Translations under genes and position numbers: made by a program
Virus record (IMG/VR): IMGVR_UViG_3300008259_000011
Location: 1 to 64,000 of that record
Length of the DNA stretch: 64,000 bases
Reading direction: 5' to 3' (one strand)
From: a virus
Notes under the pieces: generated by a model
What the model saw: only the letters and a program-made list of their open reading frames with translations
Told to the model about the DNA's origin: nothing
Databases searched by the model: none
Part shown: in pieces, positions 1 to 10,279 of the stretch
Position numbering within the stretch: the stretch's first letter is position 1
Layout: each line of letters opens with the position of its first letter

Positions 1-3000
1 CCTTTATCGCCTTGTGAGCCTGTTGCACCTTTGTCGCCCTGTGCACCAGTTGCACCCTTTGCACCTTGTGAACCCACTGCACCTTGTGAACCCACTGCAC
101 CTTGTGAACCCACTGCACCTTGTGCGCCTGTATTTGCAGCGCCCTGTGAACCTACAGCACCTTGAGCACCCGTTGCACCTTGTGCGCCTTGAGGTCCGGT
201 GGCGGTTTTATAAACAACTCCAGTAGTATTATCTACTGTGAGATAATAACCAGTGGAATTACTTGTTAAACTTTCAACACGTAGTGGTAATAGACCTGCT
301 GTGCTACTTGAAATATGTAATTCGGTGGTAGGAGATGCAACTCCGATACCCACACGACTACTACTTACAACCAAGTCATTTCGGTTGTATTGTCCCATTA
401 TGATTCTATTATCTGCAAATACCTCCAATACGGGAAATCCAGCAATAGTATTAACCGACATCAAACTATCGCTCAAATCATCGGTAATGTTGAACAAAAT
501 ACCATTAACACCGGTGGCATTAAAAACAGAACTGCCAGATACAGTAGATTTGACTTCCAATTCTGCAGTTGGTGTAGTTGTATTAATACCAATCGCTGTT
601 GACGCACTTTCAAATACTATTGAGTTTGCAATGGTATTTGTACTTGTAAACTTAGATAAATATCCTGTAGTACCCCCCGGACTTACACCAGTTGCGCCTT
701 GTGCACCAGTTGCACCCACCGCACCTTGTGCACCAGTTGCACCCACCGCACCTTGTGCGCCTGTTGCACCTTTGTCACCTTGTGCGCCTGTTGCACCTTT
801 GTCGCCCTGTGCACCAGTTGCACCTTTTGCACCTTGTGAACCTACCGCACCTTGCGAACCTACCGCACCTTGCGAACCTACCGCACCTTGCGAACCTACC
901 GCACCTTGCGAACCTACCGCACCTTGTGATCCTGTTGCACCTTTGTCGCCCTGTGCACCAGTTGCGCCTTTGTCGCCTTGTGCGCCTGTTGCACCTTTGT
1001 CGCCTTGTGATCCTGTTGCACCTTTATCGCCTTGTGAGCCTGTCGCACCTTTATCGCCTTGTGAGCCTGTTGCACCTTTGTCGCCCTGTGCACCAGTTGC
1101 ACCTTTTGCACCTTGTGAACCCACGGCACCTTGTGCGCCCGTATTTGCAGCGCCCTGTGAACCTACAGCACCTTGTGCACCGGTTGCGCCTACAGCGCCT
1201 TGTGCGCCTTGAGGACCAGTTGAAGTTTTGTATACAACACCTGTAGTATTATCAACTGTGAGATAATAACCGGTTGAATTAGAAGTTAATCCATCCAATC
1301 TAACAGGATTGCTACTGCTACTAACGTGTAATTTATTAGAAGGAGCGGCGGTACCAACACCCACACGATTGCTAGTAACAACAAAATCATTTTGACCATA
1401 TTGACCAGCAACCACACGATCATCGGCAAATACTTCAAATACAGGTAACCCGGCACTATTGTTAACCGACATCAACGAATCTGACAAATCATCAACTATA
1501 GTGAACAATGTACCGTTTGTACCATCGGTACGAAATAGTGTATCTCCAGCAACAGACGAACTTACGTGCAATTCTGCCTGTGGATTTGTTGTACCAATAC
1601 CAATTGCTGTTGATGCACTTTCAAATATAATTGAGTTTGCAATGGTAGTAGTACCGGTGAATTTTGCCAAATATCCGGTTGTACCGCCTGGACTTACGCC
1701 GGTTGCACCTTGTGCACCAGTTGCGCCTACTGCGCCTTGAGCACCAGTTGCACCCACCGCACCTTGTGAACCAGTCGAACCTACAGCACCTTGAGCACCA
1801 GTTGAACCTTTTGCGCCCTGTGAACCTACTGCGCCTTGAGCACCAGTTGCGCCTTGTGACCCCACCGCACCTTGTGAGCCTGTTGCACCTTTATCGCCTT
1901 GTGCGCCTGTAATTGAAACACCACTGGTTCCAGCCGCACCTTGAGCACCAGTTGAACCTTTTGCACCTTGTGCACCGGTATTTGCAGCACCCTGTGAACC
2001 TACCGCGCCTTGAGCACCAGTTGCGCCTTGTGACCCCACCGCACCTTGTGCACCAGTTGCACCAACCGCACCTTGTGCACCAGTTGCACCAACCGCACCT
2101 TGTGAACCAACAGCACCTACTGCGCCTTGTGCGCCTGTAACTGAAACACCACTAGTTCCACTAGCGCCCTGTGAACCTACCGCGCCCTGTGCACCAGTTG
2201 AACCTTTTGCACCTTGTGCGCCTTGAGGTCCGGTGGCGGTTTTATAAACAACGCCGGTGGTGTTATCTACAGTCAAGTAGTAACCGGTTGAATTACTTGC
2301 TAAACTTTCAATTCTAATCGGTTGAATTGAAGCATCACTGCTTGATATATGAAGTTCTGCTGTAGGTGATGCTACATTGATACCAACTCGACTACTGCTA
2401 ATAACAAGATCATTTTTATTAAAAGCACCAGCGACAATTCGATTATCACTAAATACTTCAAAAATTGGCAATCCGGAAATTGTGTTAACTGACATTAAAC
2501 TTCCACTCAATTCGTCTGTAACACTAAACAAGTTACCCGATCCACCGGCAACATTAAATACGTTTGACCCCGTTGCAGAACTAGATACATCCAATCTGGC
2601 AATTGGAGTAGTAGTTCCAATACCAATTCTACTACCACTTTCAAATACCGGAGTAGTTGTATCACCAATTGTGGTAGCACTAGTAAATTTAACCAATCTG
2701 TTTTGTGTACCTCCTACTGCAACACTTGTGCCTGATGTACCAGCCGTTCCACTGGTTCCCGTAGTGCCTGAAGTTCCGGATGTTCCACTGGTTCCTGTAG
2801 TGCCTGAAGTTCCGGATGTTCCCGATGTACCCGCAGTTCCACTTGTTCCAGAACTACCGGATGATCCAGATGTACCAGCCGTTCCACTGGTTCCCGTAGT
2901 GCCTGACGTACCTGTGGTTCCAGCTGTACCACTGATTCCTGAAGTTCCAGCCGTACCACTTGTGCCAGCGGTTCCACTGGTTCCACTGGTTCCTGCGCTA

Positions 3001-3614
3001 CCAGATGTTCCAGTTGTACCACTGGTTCCTGTAGTGCCTGACGTACCTGTTGTTCCACTTGTACCGGCAGTTCCACTTGTACCTGTTGTGCCTGAAGTTC
3101 CTGCTGTCCCGCTCGTTCCCGTTGTGCCTGAAGTTCCTGTTGTTCCACTTGTACCCGCAGTTCCACTTGTGCCTGTTGTTCCGCTTGTACCTGCGGTTCC
3201 ACTCGTTCCGGCGGTTCCTGAAGTGCCTGACGAACCTGCGGTGCCGGATGTTCCCGCAGTTCCACTGGTACCTGCTGTTCCTGAAGTACCTGATGTTCCT
3301 GCGGTTCCACTAGTACCAGAAGTACCACCCAAAGCGATAGTTGTACGTGATTTAACGGTACCATCAGATGATACAACCAAAATATCGTTCTCGGTCGTAC
3401 CGGATGGTACTGTTAACTTGAGTGGTTTTAAAATGTCTATGCTACCAGTTGATTCGCCATGAAGAACCATGATTGGCCCGTCAACGACAGAATCAAAACG
3501 GACAGCACCACTGGAAGATACCGCTAATGTGACATTTGCGTCAACAGAACCACTAAATTGAATAGTTGGTTCATTTGACGTACCTCTTTGCGGTATAATA
3601 ATGATATCGGGCAT
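1..3614 (-). CDS. Collagen-like long fibre protein (partial, runs off the left edge): N-terminal domain, (GTS/GTA/GTT)n tract, then repeating [globular domain + Gly-X-Y collagen tract] units
   Basis: Absent from the ORF track because there is no stop in the window. The ATG at 3614 reads [20 protein letters not shown]..., then GTSGTAGTT repeats (~2730-3330), three copies of a ~150-aa domain (IGIGTTTP...[22 protein letters not shown]...RVG) and [15 protein letters not shown] collagen tracts. The frame is consistent with the antisense + ORFs at 253, 1459 and 2377. Confidence 0.88.
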   Translation of the reverse strand, partial: MPDIIIIPQRGTSNEPTIQFSGSVDANVTLAVSSSGAVRFDSVVDGPIMVLHGESTGSIDILKPLKLTVPSGTTENDILVVSSDGTVKSRTTIALGGTSGTSGTAGTSGTSGTAGTSGTAGTSGTAGSSGTSGTAGTSGTAGTSGTTGTSGTAGTSGTTGTSGTTGTSGTAGTSGTTGTSGTAGTSGTTGTSGTTGTSGTTGTSGSAGTSGTSGTAGTSGTAGTSGISGTAGTTGTSGTTGTSGTAGTSGSSGSSGTSGTAGTSGTSGTSGTTGTSGTSGTSGTTGTSGTAGTSGTSVAVGGTQNRLVKFTSATTIGDTTTPVFESGSRIGIGTTTPIARLDVSSSATGSNVFNVAGGSGNLFSVTDELSGSLMSVNTISGLPIFEVFSDNRIVAGAFNKNDLVISSSRVGINVASPTAELHISSSDASIQPIRIESLASNSTGYYLTVDNTTGVVYKTATGPQGAQGAKGSTGAQGAVGSQGASGTSGVSVTGAQGAVGAVGSQGAVGATGAQGAVGATGAQGAVGSQGATGAQGAVGSQGAANTGAQGAKGSTGAQGAAGTSGVSITGAQGDKGATGSQGAVGSQGATGAQGAVGSQGAKGSTGAQGAVGSTGSQGAVGATGAQGAVGATGAQGATGVSPGGTTGYLAKFTGTTTIANSIIFESASTAIGIGTTNPQAELHVSSSVAGDTLFRTDGTNGTLFTIVDDLSDSLMSVNNSAGLPVFEVFADDRVVAGQYGQNDFVVTSNRVGVGTAAPSNKLHVSSSSNPVRLDGLTSNSTGYYLTVDNTTGVVYKTSTGPQGAQGAVGATGAQGAVGSQGAANTGAQGAVGSQGAKGATGAQGDKGATGSQGDKGATGSQGDKGATGSQGDKGATGAQGDKGATGAQGDKGATGSQGAVGSQGAVGSQGAVGSQGAVGSQGAVGSQGAKGATGAQGDKGATGAQGDKGATGAQGAVGATGAQGAVGATGAQGATGVSPGGTTGYLSKFTSTNTIANSIVFESASTAIGINTTTPTAELEVKSTVSGSSVFNATGVNGILFNITDDLSDSLMSVNTIAGFPVLEVFADNRIIMGQYNRNDLVVSSSRVGIGVASPTTELHISSSTAGLLPLRVESLTSNSTGYYLTVDNTTGVVYKTATGPQGAQGATGAQGAVGSQGAANTGAQGAVGSQGAVGSQGAVGSQGAKGATGAQGDKGATGSQGDK
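690..1220. repeat. Tandem 18/27-bp coding repeats (collagen Gly-X-Y tract)
   Basis: gcaccttgcgaacctacc occurs as 4 exact copies at 847-918. 27-bp gcacctttgtcgcc... units recur, and 1-56 is repeated at 1048-1103. Confidence 0.9.
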
Positions 3615-3639
3615 AAATTATACAGATAATCTCTTAGAT

Positions 3640-3647
3640 TATAAATA
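3640..3647 (-). promoter_or_regulatory. Putative late promoter motif TATTTATA
   Basis: Intergenic, on the coding strand upstream of the ATG at 3614. The same motif recurs before ~15 structural genes. Confidence 0.6.
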
Positions 3648-3682
3648 TAAAACTTATCCCAAACTATTCATATTATGTGTTT

Positions 3683-4357
3683 TTATAAACCAAATCGTGA
3701 TTTAGTAGCGTTATAGTTCTGTAGTATCTCGGTTGGTGATAAAACTCTATTATATACAGATGCGTGAGCAATATGACCAATCCATGTGCGTCCAGAATCA
3801 GATCGTCCAACCATATGAACCGTTCCACCCGGATTTCCTAAAATTGCACCTGTACTACCAGACCAAGTGGCTTGTGACTGTGCGTTGACGTAATAAATAT
3901 GATCTGTTCCTGTAGATGTAAACCCTGTATATGTCCATATACCCACAGGAAATACGGGCAAAGTACTGTTGTTAATATTTCCCAGTCTCAATCGAGAATT
4001 TGAAGTATACATTTCAAAATGACTATTAACTCCACTAACTCCATAATGTCCCCATATACCAGATGCAATTCCAGCGCCTGGTGATGACGTAAGATATACC
4101 CACGCAAAAACCGACAGTGGGGAATCTGTCTGTTGTGGCAAAAATGTTATATCAGTAAAATCATCTGTACCATCAAATGTTATATATCCGCCATTTGATG
4201 TATTAAACGTTGGTCCGTTAGTTAACACACCCACTCGATCATTACCACTCACATCATTCCATGTAGTACCGCTGCCGATATAACTGTTTTTATCAGCAGC
4301 ATCTAAACACAATACCAATCCCGATTCGGATGTATTTGGACCCAATGAACTTGCCAT
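3683..4357 (-). CDS. LamG/concanavalin A-like lectin domain protein
   Basis: N-terminal GLVLCLDAADKNSYIGSGTTWNDVSGN, FDGTDD, C-terminal YNRVLSPTEILQNYNATKSRFGL. Confidence 0.85.
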   Translation of the reverse strand: MASSLGPNTSESGLVLCLDAADKNSYIGSGTTWNDVSGNDRVGVLTNGPTFNTSNGGYITFDGTDDFTDITFLPQQTDSPLSVFAWVYLTSSPGAGIASGIWGHYGVSGVNSHFEMYTSNSRLRLGNINNSTLPVFPVGIWTYTGFTSTGTDHIYYVNAQSQATWSGSTGAILGNPGGTVHMVGRSDSGRTWIGHIAHASVYNRVLSPTEILQNYNATKSRFGL

Positions 4358-4358
4358 A

Positions 4359-4658
4359 TTACATCATTGGATCTGGATTGGTCCATTCTGGTGTAGCTAG
4401 TATGACTAAAATCTCATCGTAGGTGTATGGACCTTCTTTGGTAGTCATGTTAGCAACAAACTCTGGTGTATTTGGTGATTCCCACTTAACAAAGGTTTTT
4501 GTTTTATCTACACTCTTTCTTAGAGTTTCCGCAGATGTTTCCATAACATAATTGAAATCCACCAACGGTATTTCACTTACATTGAAAATAAGAAACTGTC
4601 TACTAGAATATAAACTGCCAGAATCTTCAGTAATAATAGGTATTTGTTCGTTTGTCAT
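4359..4658 (-). CDS. Small partner protein of the LamG array (family member)
   Basis: LRKSVDKTKTFVKWE...YTYDEILVILATPEW is shared with the ORFs at 6160, 9899 and 11887. Confidence 0.75.
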   Translation of the reverse strand: MTNEQIPIITEDSGSLYSSRQFLIFNVSEIPLVDFNYVMETSAETLRKSVDKTKTFVKWESPNTPEFVANMTTKEGPYTYDEILVILATPEWTNPDPMM

Positions 4659-4668
4659 ACGTTAATAA

Positions 4669-5451
4669 TTATAAATCAAATCGGGATTTAGTAGCGTTAT
4701 AGTTCTGCAATACTTCTGTATAAGTTAATAATCTGTTATATACCAAACATGTTGCAATACTTCCTGCAAAGTACGCAGGAGATGCATATGATCCACCACA
4801 ACTAAAAGCATCTCCTTGATATATATTTCTTGTTCCGGTATATCCAATCTTTAGTGTTGCCGTATTATTAAAAATAGCTTGATAATTTGCATTATTGTTT
4901 ATATATACACCACTCGTAAGATTTTTGTATCCAATTAAATATGCACCATTACTCGGGCCGAATCTTGTATACACCAACGTAATTAAATTCCAAGAATTTA
5001 GTGTCAATAATGGACCGGATGGATAAGATTCAACGCCGCCGCCAGGACAATTACTCTGAAATGTACTAAATATTACTCCACCATTACATCTTATAAATAC
5101 ATTCACTCCACCGCCCCCACAACTAGAATCATTTTTACCAAATATAGAAATAGGAGAAGCGCCACTTGATGGAAATGATGTTGGTTTAATCCAAAAACAT
5201 ATAGAACAATTATCAAAATTTTGATTTATAGCGTTACTTCCAAAATCCACATAATCATTTGTACCATCAAATACTATACTTCCATTATTTGAACTGTTAA
5301 ATGTCGGACTGTTTGTTAATGTACCCACATTACCGTTTCCACTTACATCGGTCCACGTTGTGCCACTGCCGATATAACTGTTTTTATCAGCGGCATCTAC
5401 ACAAAATACCAATCCGTTTGTTGTTGTTTTTGGTCCACGTGAAATTGCCAT
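4669..5451 (-). CDS. LamG-like lectin domain protein (Cys-rich variable core)
   Basis: Same conserved termini: GLVFCVDAADKNSY...YNRLLTYTEVLQNYNATKSRFDL. Confidence 0.85.
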   Translation of the reverse strand: MAISRGPKTTTNGLVFCVDAADKNSYIGSGTTWTDVSGNGNVGTLTNSPTFNSSNNGSIVFDGTNDYVDFGSNAINQNFDNCSICFWIKPTSFPSSGASPISIFGKNDSSCGGGGVNVFIRCNGGVIFSTFQSNCPGGGVESYPSGPLLTLNSWNLITLVYTRFGPSNGAYLIGYKNLTSGVYINNNANYQAIFNNTATLKIGYTGTRNIYQGDAFSCGGSYASPAYFAGSIATCLVYNRLLTYTEVLQNYNATKSRFDL

Positions 5452-5459
5452 AGGTATAA

Positions 5460-6158
5460 TTATAAACCAAACCGTGATTTGGTAGCGTTATAGTTCTGAT
5501 ATATCTCGGTTGCGGTTAATCCACGATTATAAATTTTAACATTTGAAATTCTACCATTGTGATATGCATGAAACCCAGCGTACCCTATTGTAACATTATC
5601 GACTGTGTTTGTAGTCCATGGGCCAGATTGAGTCGTTGTTCCAATTGAAACGGAATTTAAATACAATACATGTGAAGATCCTGTCGTAGTTGCAACAACA
5701 TGGTACCAATTATTCAATGCTAAAATTGTACTTGTTGCATAAACTTGCGCAAGCGGAGTGTATCTTTGCCACAACAAATTTCTAGTAACAGAAGCGTTTG
5801 TACCATTGTACCACAAAGAATATACTCGATTACTTGTTCCACCATCTGAACTGCCTATTCCACATATTCTTACCCAATCACCGGGATCTGACGCAATATT
5901 AATCCAACATTCAATAGTGATATCACCTGTTAATTTTAATATGGAATTACTACCACAATCAATATAATCATTGGTACCGTCAAACGATATACTACCACCG
6001 TTTGCACTGTTAAACGTAGGTCCATTGGTTAAAGTGCCGTTATTACCGTTTCCACTTACGTCATTCCACGTAGTTCCACTACCAATATAACTGTTTTTAT
6101 CAGCTGCATCTACGCAAAGTACCAATCCATTTGTTACTGTTTTGGGTCCGTAATTCAT
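5460..6158 (-). CDS. LamG-like lectin domain protein
   Basis: FDGTNDYI, ITIECWI, WYHVVAT, LYLN, IYNRGLTATEIYQNYNATKSRFGL. Confidence 0.88.
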   Translation of the reverse strand: MNYGPKTVTNGLVLCVDAADKNSYIGSGTTWNDVSGNGNNGTLTNGPTFNSANGGSISFDGTNDYIDCGSNSILKLTGDITIECWINIASDPGDWVRICGIGSSDGGTSNRVYSLWYNGTNASVTRNLLWQRYTPLAQVYATSTILALNNWYHVVATTTGSSHVLYLNSVSIGTTTQSGPWTTNTVDNVTIGYAGFHAYHNGRISNVKIYNRGLTATEIYQNYNATKSRFGL

Positions 6159-6159
6159 A

Positions 6160-6417
6160 TTATTGTGATATTGGTCTATACCAATCAGGAGTTGTCATGA
6201 GTGGCAAAAACTCTATATGAGATAAATATGGACCTTTTGTAGTAAGTGCAGCAACACTTGAAGGAACTTCATCGGTTTCCCACTTGGCAAAAAATTGTGT
6301 ACCATCCACAGAACAATCCCACGGCCATTCTGGAGCATCAACAATTTGAGACGAATCAATCGATCCAGATTCGCTTGATGAAAATATGACGTATTGTTTT
6401 TTAGTATAGTCTGGCAT
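6160..6417 (-). CDS. Small partner protein of the LamG array (divergent member)
   Basis: SVDGTQFFAKWE...TTKGPYLSHIEFLPLMTTPDW aligns with the ORF at 4359. Confidence 0.7.
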   Translation of the reverse strand: MPDYTKKQYVIFSSSESGSIDSSQIVDAPEWPWDCSVDGTQFFAKWETDEVPSSVAALTTKGPYLSHIEFLPLMTTPDWYRPISQ

Positions 6418-6420
6418 AAC

Positions 6421-6660
6421 TTATATTACCTCTATTGTTATTGGTTCGATAAAATTAAAACAACAAATTTTACGTTGTGCAATCATATCGTCGATGTTGT
6501 ATTCTTCTTGAAGATTTCCATTTGAGTCGAAGAAAATCCACATCTTTTCAGTTAATACTAATGTTGTATCATTATACCAATTAAAATAATAAGTGATATG
6601 ATCCACTTCACGTGGACCTGTTGTTTTATCTAAAATTAGTTTGTTTATAGTCTGTTTCAT
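6421..6660 (-). CDS. Hypothetical protein, 79 aa
   Basis: ATGA overlap with the upstream gene. It fills the gap in a tightly packed operon. Confidence 0.6.
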   Translation of the reverse strand: MKQTINKLILDKTTGPREVDHITYYFNWYNDTTLVLTEKMWIFFDSNGNLQEEYNIDDMIAQRKICCFNFIEPITIEVI

Positions 6661-8645
6661 TTTACGTATGCTGCTCCATAACTATAGAAATCAGTAGTTG
6701 AACTTGTCCAAAATGGAGAGTCCGAATGTCCTCCACTACCCCCGCCTCCCCAAAAGTTTCCATCCCAACAACTTCCATACCAAAATGGACAGTTATTGTA
6801 ATATGTTGCACAATTGCCACCGTTAGTGTCTTGATCCAGATCGTATGTTGTAAGTGAAAATCCGTTAGCTATATGATATCCATACCATCCCGGTGTAACA
6901 CCACCAACTTCATTGGATAAACTAGAAACACCTTGCATTGCATATGTAGATGACCAACCAGTCCAACTCCATGAAGAACGTCTACTATGATTTCCAGTAT
7001 CGCCGAGTGTTCTATATTGCGATGCTGTGAAATATACAACTTTCTTAAAACTTGAATTTGCATTAATAATATTAGCCCACGCATCTAATCCTACCCAAAG
7101 ATTAAAGTTATTTGGGGTGTAATGGTTACCATAATTTACACCGGGAGAAGTCGAAGATGTGGATCTAAAATTAATAACTTTCTTTGTGGCATCAGCATAT
7201 GTCAGATTATTCAATCCGGAATTGCCTGCTCTATTATTCAAAACAAGAACCCATCCTCCACCACTATAACTCATATCAACCCAGAATCTACCTACGTCAT
7301 TTCCAGCAGCAATCCAATACCAACCAGTTGCAGCACTTGGATTTGCAGCAAGAATATCAGTTGATCTTGCAGCCGGATTGTCAGGAGTTGTTCCTATCAA
7401 TCTTGGAGTTCTTCCAAATCGTGGCGCGTAAATGTTGAATAGTTGAGTAACTTCATAGTCTTGTAAAATACGATTGTATTGTCTAAAAATTCCGATACTT
7501 CCATTAAACTTGTTACTTGCATCAGTCGTCCAAGTTGTTCCTAACGGATCACCACCGATATACCATTTTTGATTTGCAGAAGCTGCAATATTTGCACCTT
7601 CATTGACATTTGTCGTGGTGTTTTCAAGAACTCCATCCGTATAAACCTTCATCAATTTGGAAGTATTGTCATAACTGTATACCACTTGATGCCAGATGTT
7701 ATCAGTGATTACCGTAGATCCCTGTGGATCATCAGATCCCCAACCATGCCATTGTGCTCTACTATTTTGTACTCCTAACCAAAAACGTTCATAGTACGTA
7801 ATACTAGAAGCGTTTGTCATTACTGCCATCGGCATGTAAACGGCATTTGATCCATTCATTTTGACCCACATTTCAAATGTACGTGCATTTGATCCCCATT
7901 GACCATTACCATCTACGGTTATACTAGAATTGGTGTTGGGAAATTGAAGAGTAGTTGCTGCAGTAAACGGATTGGCTTGTACGTTTGATTGAATGAATGG
8001 GGTGTTATTTGCGGTTAATGTATGTTTACCATATCCCATATCAAATATGGCAGTGGTCGTTGAACGAGTTGTCGTTGATAGTGAACCAGAATCATTTGAC
8101 ACGAATGGAGTAGCATACGATTTTAATTCTGCCTGAGGCATGGTAACGTCCCACGTTCCTCTGTATGCACCGGTTTGATCGCCTCCCCAATTAATCAAAT
8201 AAAAAGTTATGTTTGTGTTAGTGCAGTTAATTGTGTATGTAACTCTTTGCCAAACCCCAACAATACTTTGATTAACATAACTAGCAACGTCATATCCTAT
8301 ACCGGTATTTGAAAGATATACAGCACCGCCTGTCATACCAGATGTACATGACCAAAAACGTATCCATGCTGAAAATGTATATGTTCCCGTGGATGGTAGT
8401 GTGATGCTTCTAACCACACCATTCCAAGAAATCAAATTGTGCATTCGATATCCAATAGTACCGAACTCCGTCAGAAATGGCGTTGGAGTGCCGTTACTAT
8501 AATTGGCCCAACCATCCATCACATATGCACCCGGAACTACATTAGTAGTTGGTTCTCCCTTGACGCTGTTGATATCATCAGCGTCAATTGAAATTACAGC
8601 GTCCTGTATGATAGGTGATGCTATTGGTCCAGTACTTACACCCAT
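6657..8645 (-). CDS. LamG-like protein with carbohydrate-binding-like insert and C-terminal fibrinogen-like domain
   Basis: LamG ends YNRILQDYEVTQLFN..RFG, followed by GWYWI...VDMSYSGGGWVLV...TTYDLDQDTNGGNCATYY..PFWYGSCW (fibrinogen C-terminal signature). Start placed at MGVSTGP by analogy with paralogs. Confidence 0.8.
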   Translation of the reverse strand: MGVSTGPIASPIIQDAVISIDADDINSVKGEPTTNVVPGAYVMDGWANYSNGTPTPFLTEFGTIGYRMHNLISWNGVVRSITLPSTGTYTFSAWIRFWSCTSGMTGGAVYLSNTGIGYDVASYVNQSIVGVWQRVTYTINCTNTNITFYLINWGGDQTGAYRGTWDVTMPQAELKSYATPFVSNDSGSLSTTTRSTTTAIFDMGYGKHTLTANNTPFIQSNVQANPFTAATTLQFPNTNSSITVDGNGQWGSNARTFEMWVKMNGSNAVYMPMAVMTNASSITYYERFWLGVQNSRAQWHGWGSDDPQGSTVITDNIWHQVVYSYDNTSKLMKVYTDGVLENTTTNVNEGANIAASANQKWYIGGDPLGTTWTTDASNKFNGSIGIFRQYNRILQDYEVTQLFNIYAPRFGRTPRLIGTTPDNPAARSTDILAANPSAATGWYWIAAGNDVGRFWVDMSYSGGGWVLVLNNRAGNSGLNNLTYADATKKVINFRSTSSTSPGVNYGNHYTPNNFNLWVGLDAWANIINANSSFKKVVYFTASQYRTLGDTGNHSRRSSWSWTGWSSTYAMQGVSSLSNEVGGVTPGWYGYHIANGFSLTTYDLDQDTNGGNCATYYNNCPFWYGSCWDGNFWGGGGSGGHSDSPFWTSSTTDFYSYGAAYVK

Positions 8646-8646
8646 A

Positions 8647-9885
8647 TTATCCTCCAAATCTTCCTCTTATTGCGTTATAATTGTTTGCAACTTCAGCTGC
8701 ACTCAACACTCTATTATAAATATGACAACAGTTCACATTAGTGATATCAGCAGCAGTGTGTCCTTCAAAAAACCACATGTTTGCATTTCCACTTGTTTTT
8801 GGATTACTCACCGTACTAGATCCTACCTGTACTCCGTTAACGTACATAATTGCACTTGCTCCATTTTTTGTAACGCCTACATAATACCACGTATTTGTTG
8901 CAAAATCTCCACCACCAATATTTCCAAAATCACAACCACTGTTGCCAGGATCATATCTCCAGTGAATATATCTTTGACTTGGATATCTCCATACACCGGG
9001 ACTTCTATCTGTTCCCGATGGATTAAATGTAAAAATTTTATCCCAAGCTCCAGTAAAACTATTTGGATAAGTACCTGTACTATTAAATCTTACCGAAAAG
9101 AAAATTGAATGTACATCATTATTCAATATACTAGAACTATCTGTTATCAAATAAGATGTTGCATCAAAATGTGGATTTACAGCACTCATTGCTAAAGCGT
9201 TATTAATCGTAATAGTTCGATTACCTGTTACATCTATCAATCCAGCCGTTGACGATCTTACACCGCTGTTATCATAAACATACGGTGACATGTTAGTATA
9301 ATCTGATATATTTAAATCCTCCTTGAACGGTCCTGCCCAATAAAATGTTATGGGAGAATTAAGAACCGCATCAGCCGGATTTATTGCCCAATATTTACCA
9401 TCACTTGCAGTTGATGTACTATACCATACCACTTTTGCACGAAACCAACCATCTCCCATATTTTCTGGTGGACATCCGCTACATTGCCACCCACCAATGT
9501 TTGAATAATGTAAGTAAATCGGAGTACTAAACATCGGCGAAGTGGGTTTATAAAAGATAGAATGGCCAGTATATCTATTAGCAAGACCGCCACCACCACC
9601 GGTAACAACACCAATGCCTGGATTGTTTCCATTTTTTAAATAAGTGACTCCTGTTGCAGTAACGGGAGTAATTACTTGTTTATAAACCTGATATCCTTTG
9701 TAATATTCATTAGTTAGACTAAGATTCGTAGTTACATCTCCACCAACGTTGTTATAATTACTCATTCCACTATTCCATAAGGAATTTGTAGTGGGTCTTC
9801 CTTTGTAACACGTATCCTTGTCCCACAAATCAAATGCAAAAACAAGTCCATCACGAATTATTGTTGGATTTCTAATAAACGCCAT
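8647..9885 (-). CDS. LamG-like protein with N-terminal insert
   Basis: Start MAFIRNPTIIRDGLVFAFD (9885) lies 5 nt after TACTTATT. C-terminal YNRVLSAAEVANNYNAIRGRFGG. Confidence 0.82.
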   Translation of the reverse strand: MAFIRNPTIIRDGLVFAFDLWDKDTCYKGRPTTNSLWNSGMSNYNNVGGDVTTNLSLTNEYYKGYQVYKQVITPVTATGVTYLKNGNNPGIGVVTGGGGGLANRYTGHSIFYKPTSPMFSTPIYLHYSNIGGWQCSGCPPENMGDGWFRAKVVWYSTSTASDGKYWAINPADAVLNSPITFYWAGPFKEDLNISDYTNMSPYVYDNSGVRSSTAGLIDVTGNRTITINNALAMSAVNPHFDATSYLITDSSSILNNDVHSIFFSVRFNSTGTYPNSFTGAWDKIFTFNPSGTDRSPGVWRYPSQRYIHWRYDPGNSGCDFGNIGGGDFATNTWYYVGVTKNGASAIMYVNGVQVGSSTVSNPKTSGNANMWFFEGHTAADITNVNCCHIYNRVLSAAEVANNYNAIRGRFGG

Positions 9886-9898
9886 ATACAAATAAGTA

Positions 9899-10279
9899 TT
9901 ACAAAACACCCCACTCAGGTGATTTTAACATTTCATCAAATTCTGATTGAATATACTCTGGATACTGAACATCATAAATATCTGGCCTTCCGTATATACC
10001 GGCTGGAACAATTTGTACTATTGGGTCCAATGTTTTTGCATCAACGTTTGTAGTTTCTTGATCGGTATCAAATATATTGATATCGTAACTTACGTAAGTT
10101 TTTGTATGATCTTGATTATATCTCAACTTATTTGGCTTTTCAAGTACCTGAGAAAAGTTGATATTTGGAACAACTGACTCAGGAATGATTAACCAACGTC
10201 TATTTGGATACAACGACTTTGGTTTATCAAAAGACGGAGGAGGAGATGGAGGTGTCTCAGTATTATCCATATTATACAT
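9899..10279 (-). CDS. Small partner protein of the LamG array
   Basis: YPNRRWLIIPESVVPNINFSQVL...GIYGRPDIY...PEW, a close paralog of the ORF at 11887. Confidence 0.78.
   Translation of the reverse strand: MYNMDNTETPPSPPPSFDKPKSLYPNRRWLIIPESVVPNINFSQVLEKPNKLRYNQDHTKTYVSYDINIFDTDQETTNVDAKTLDPIVQIVPAGIYGRPDIYDVQYPEYIQSEFDEMLKSPEWGVL

Noticed and set aside
690-2230. Short direct repeats that might resemble a CRISPR array
   Set aside because: Unit lengths are multiples of 9 nt, there are no unique spacers, they are in frame within a CDS, and no cas genes are present.
14-3462. Plus-strand ORFs 253-1212, 1459-1740, 2377-3462 and others (APCAPV and VPLVP repeats)
   Set aside because: They are antisense shadows of the minus-strand collagen/GTS fibre gene. 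Repetitive Gly codons leave the opposite strand free of stops.
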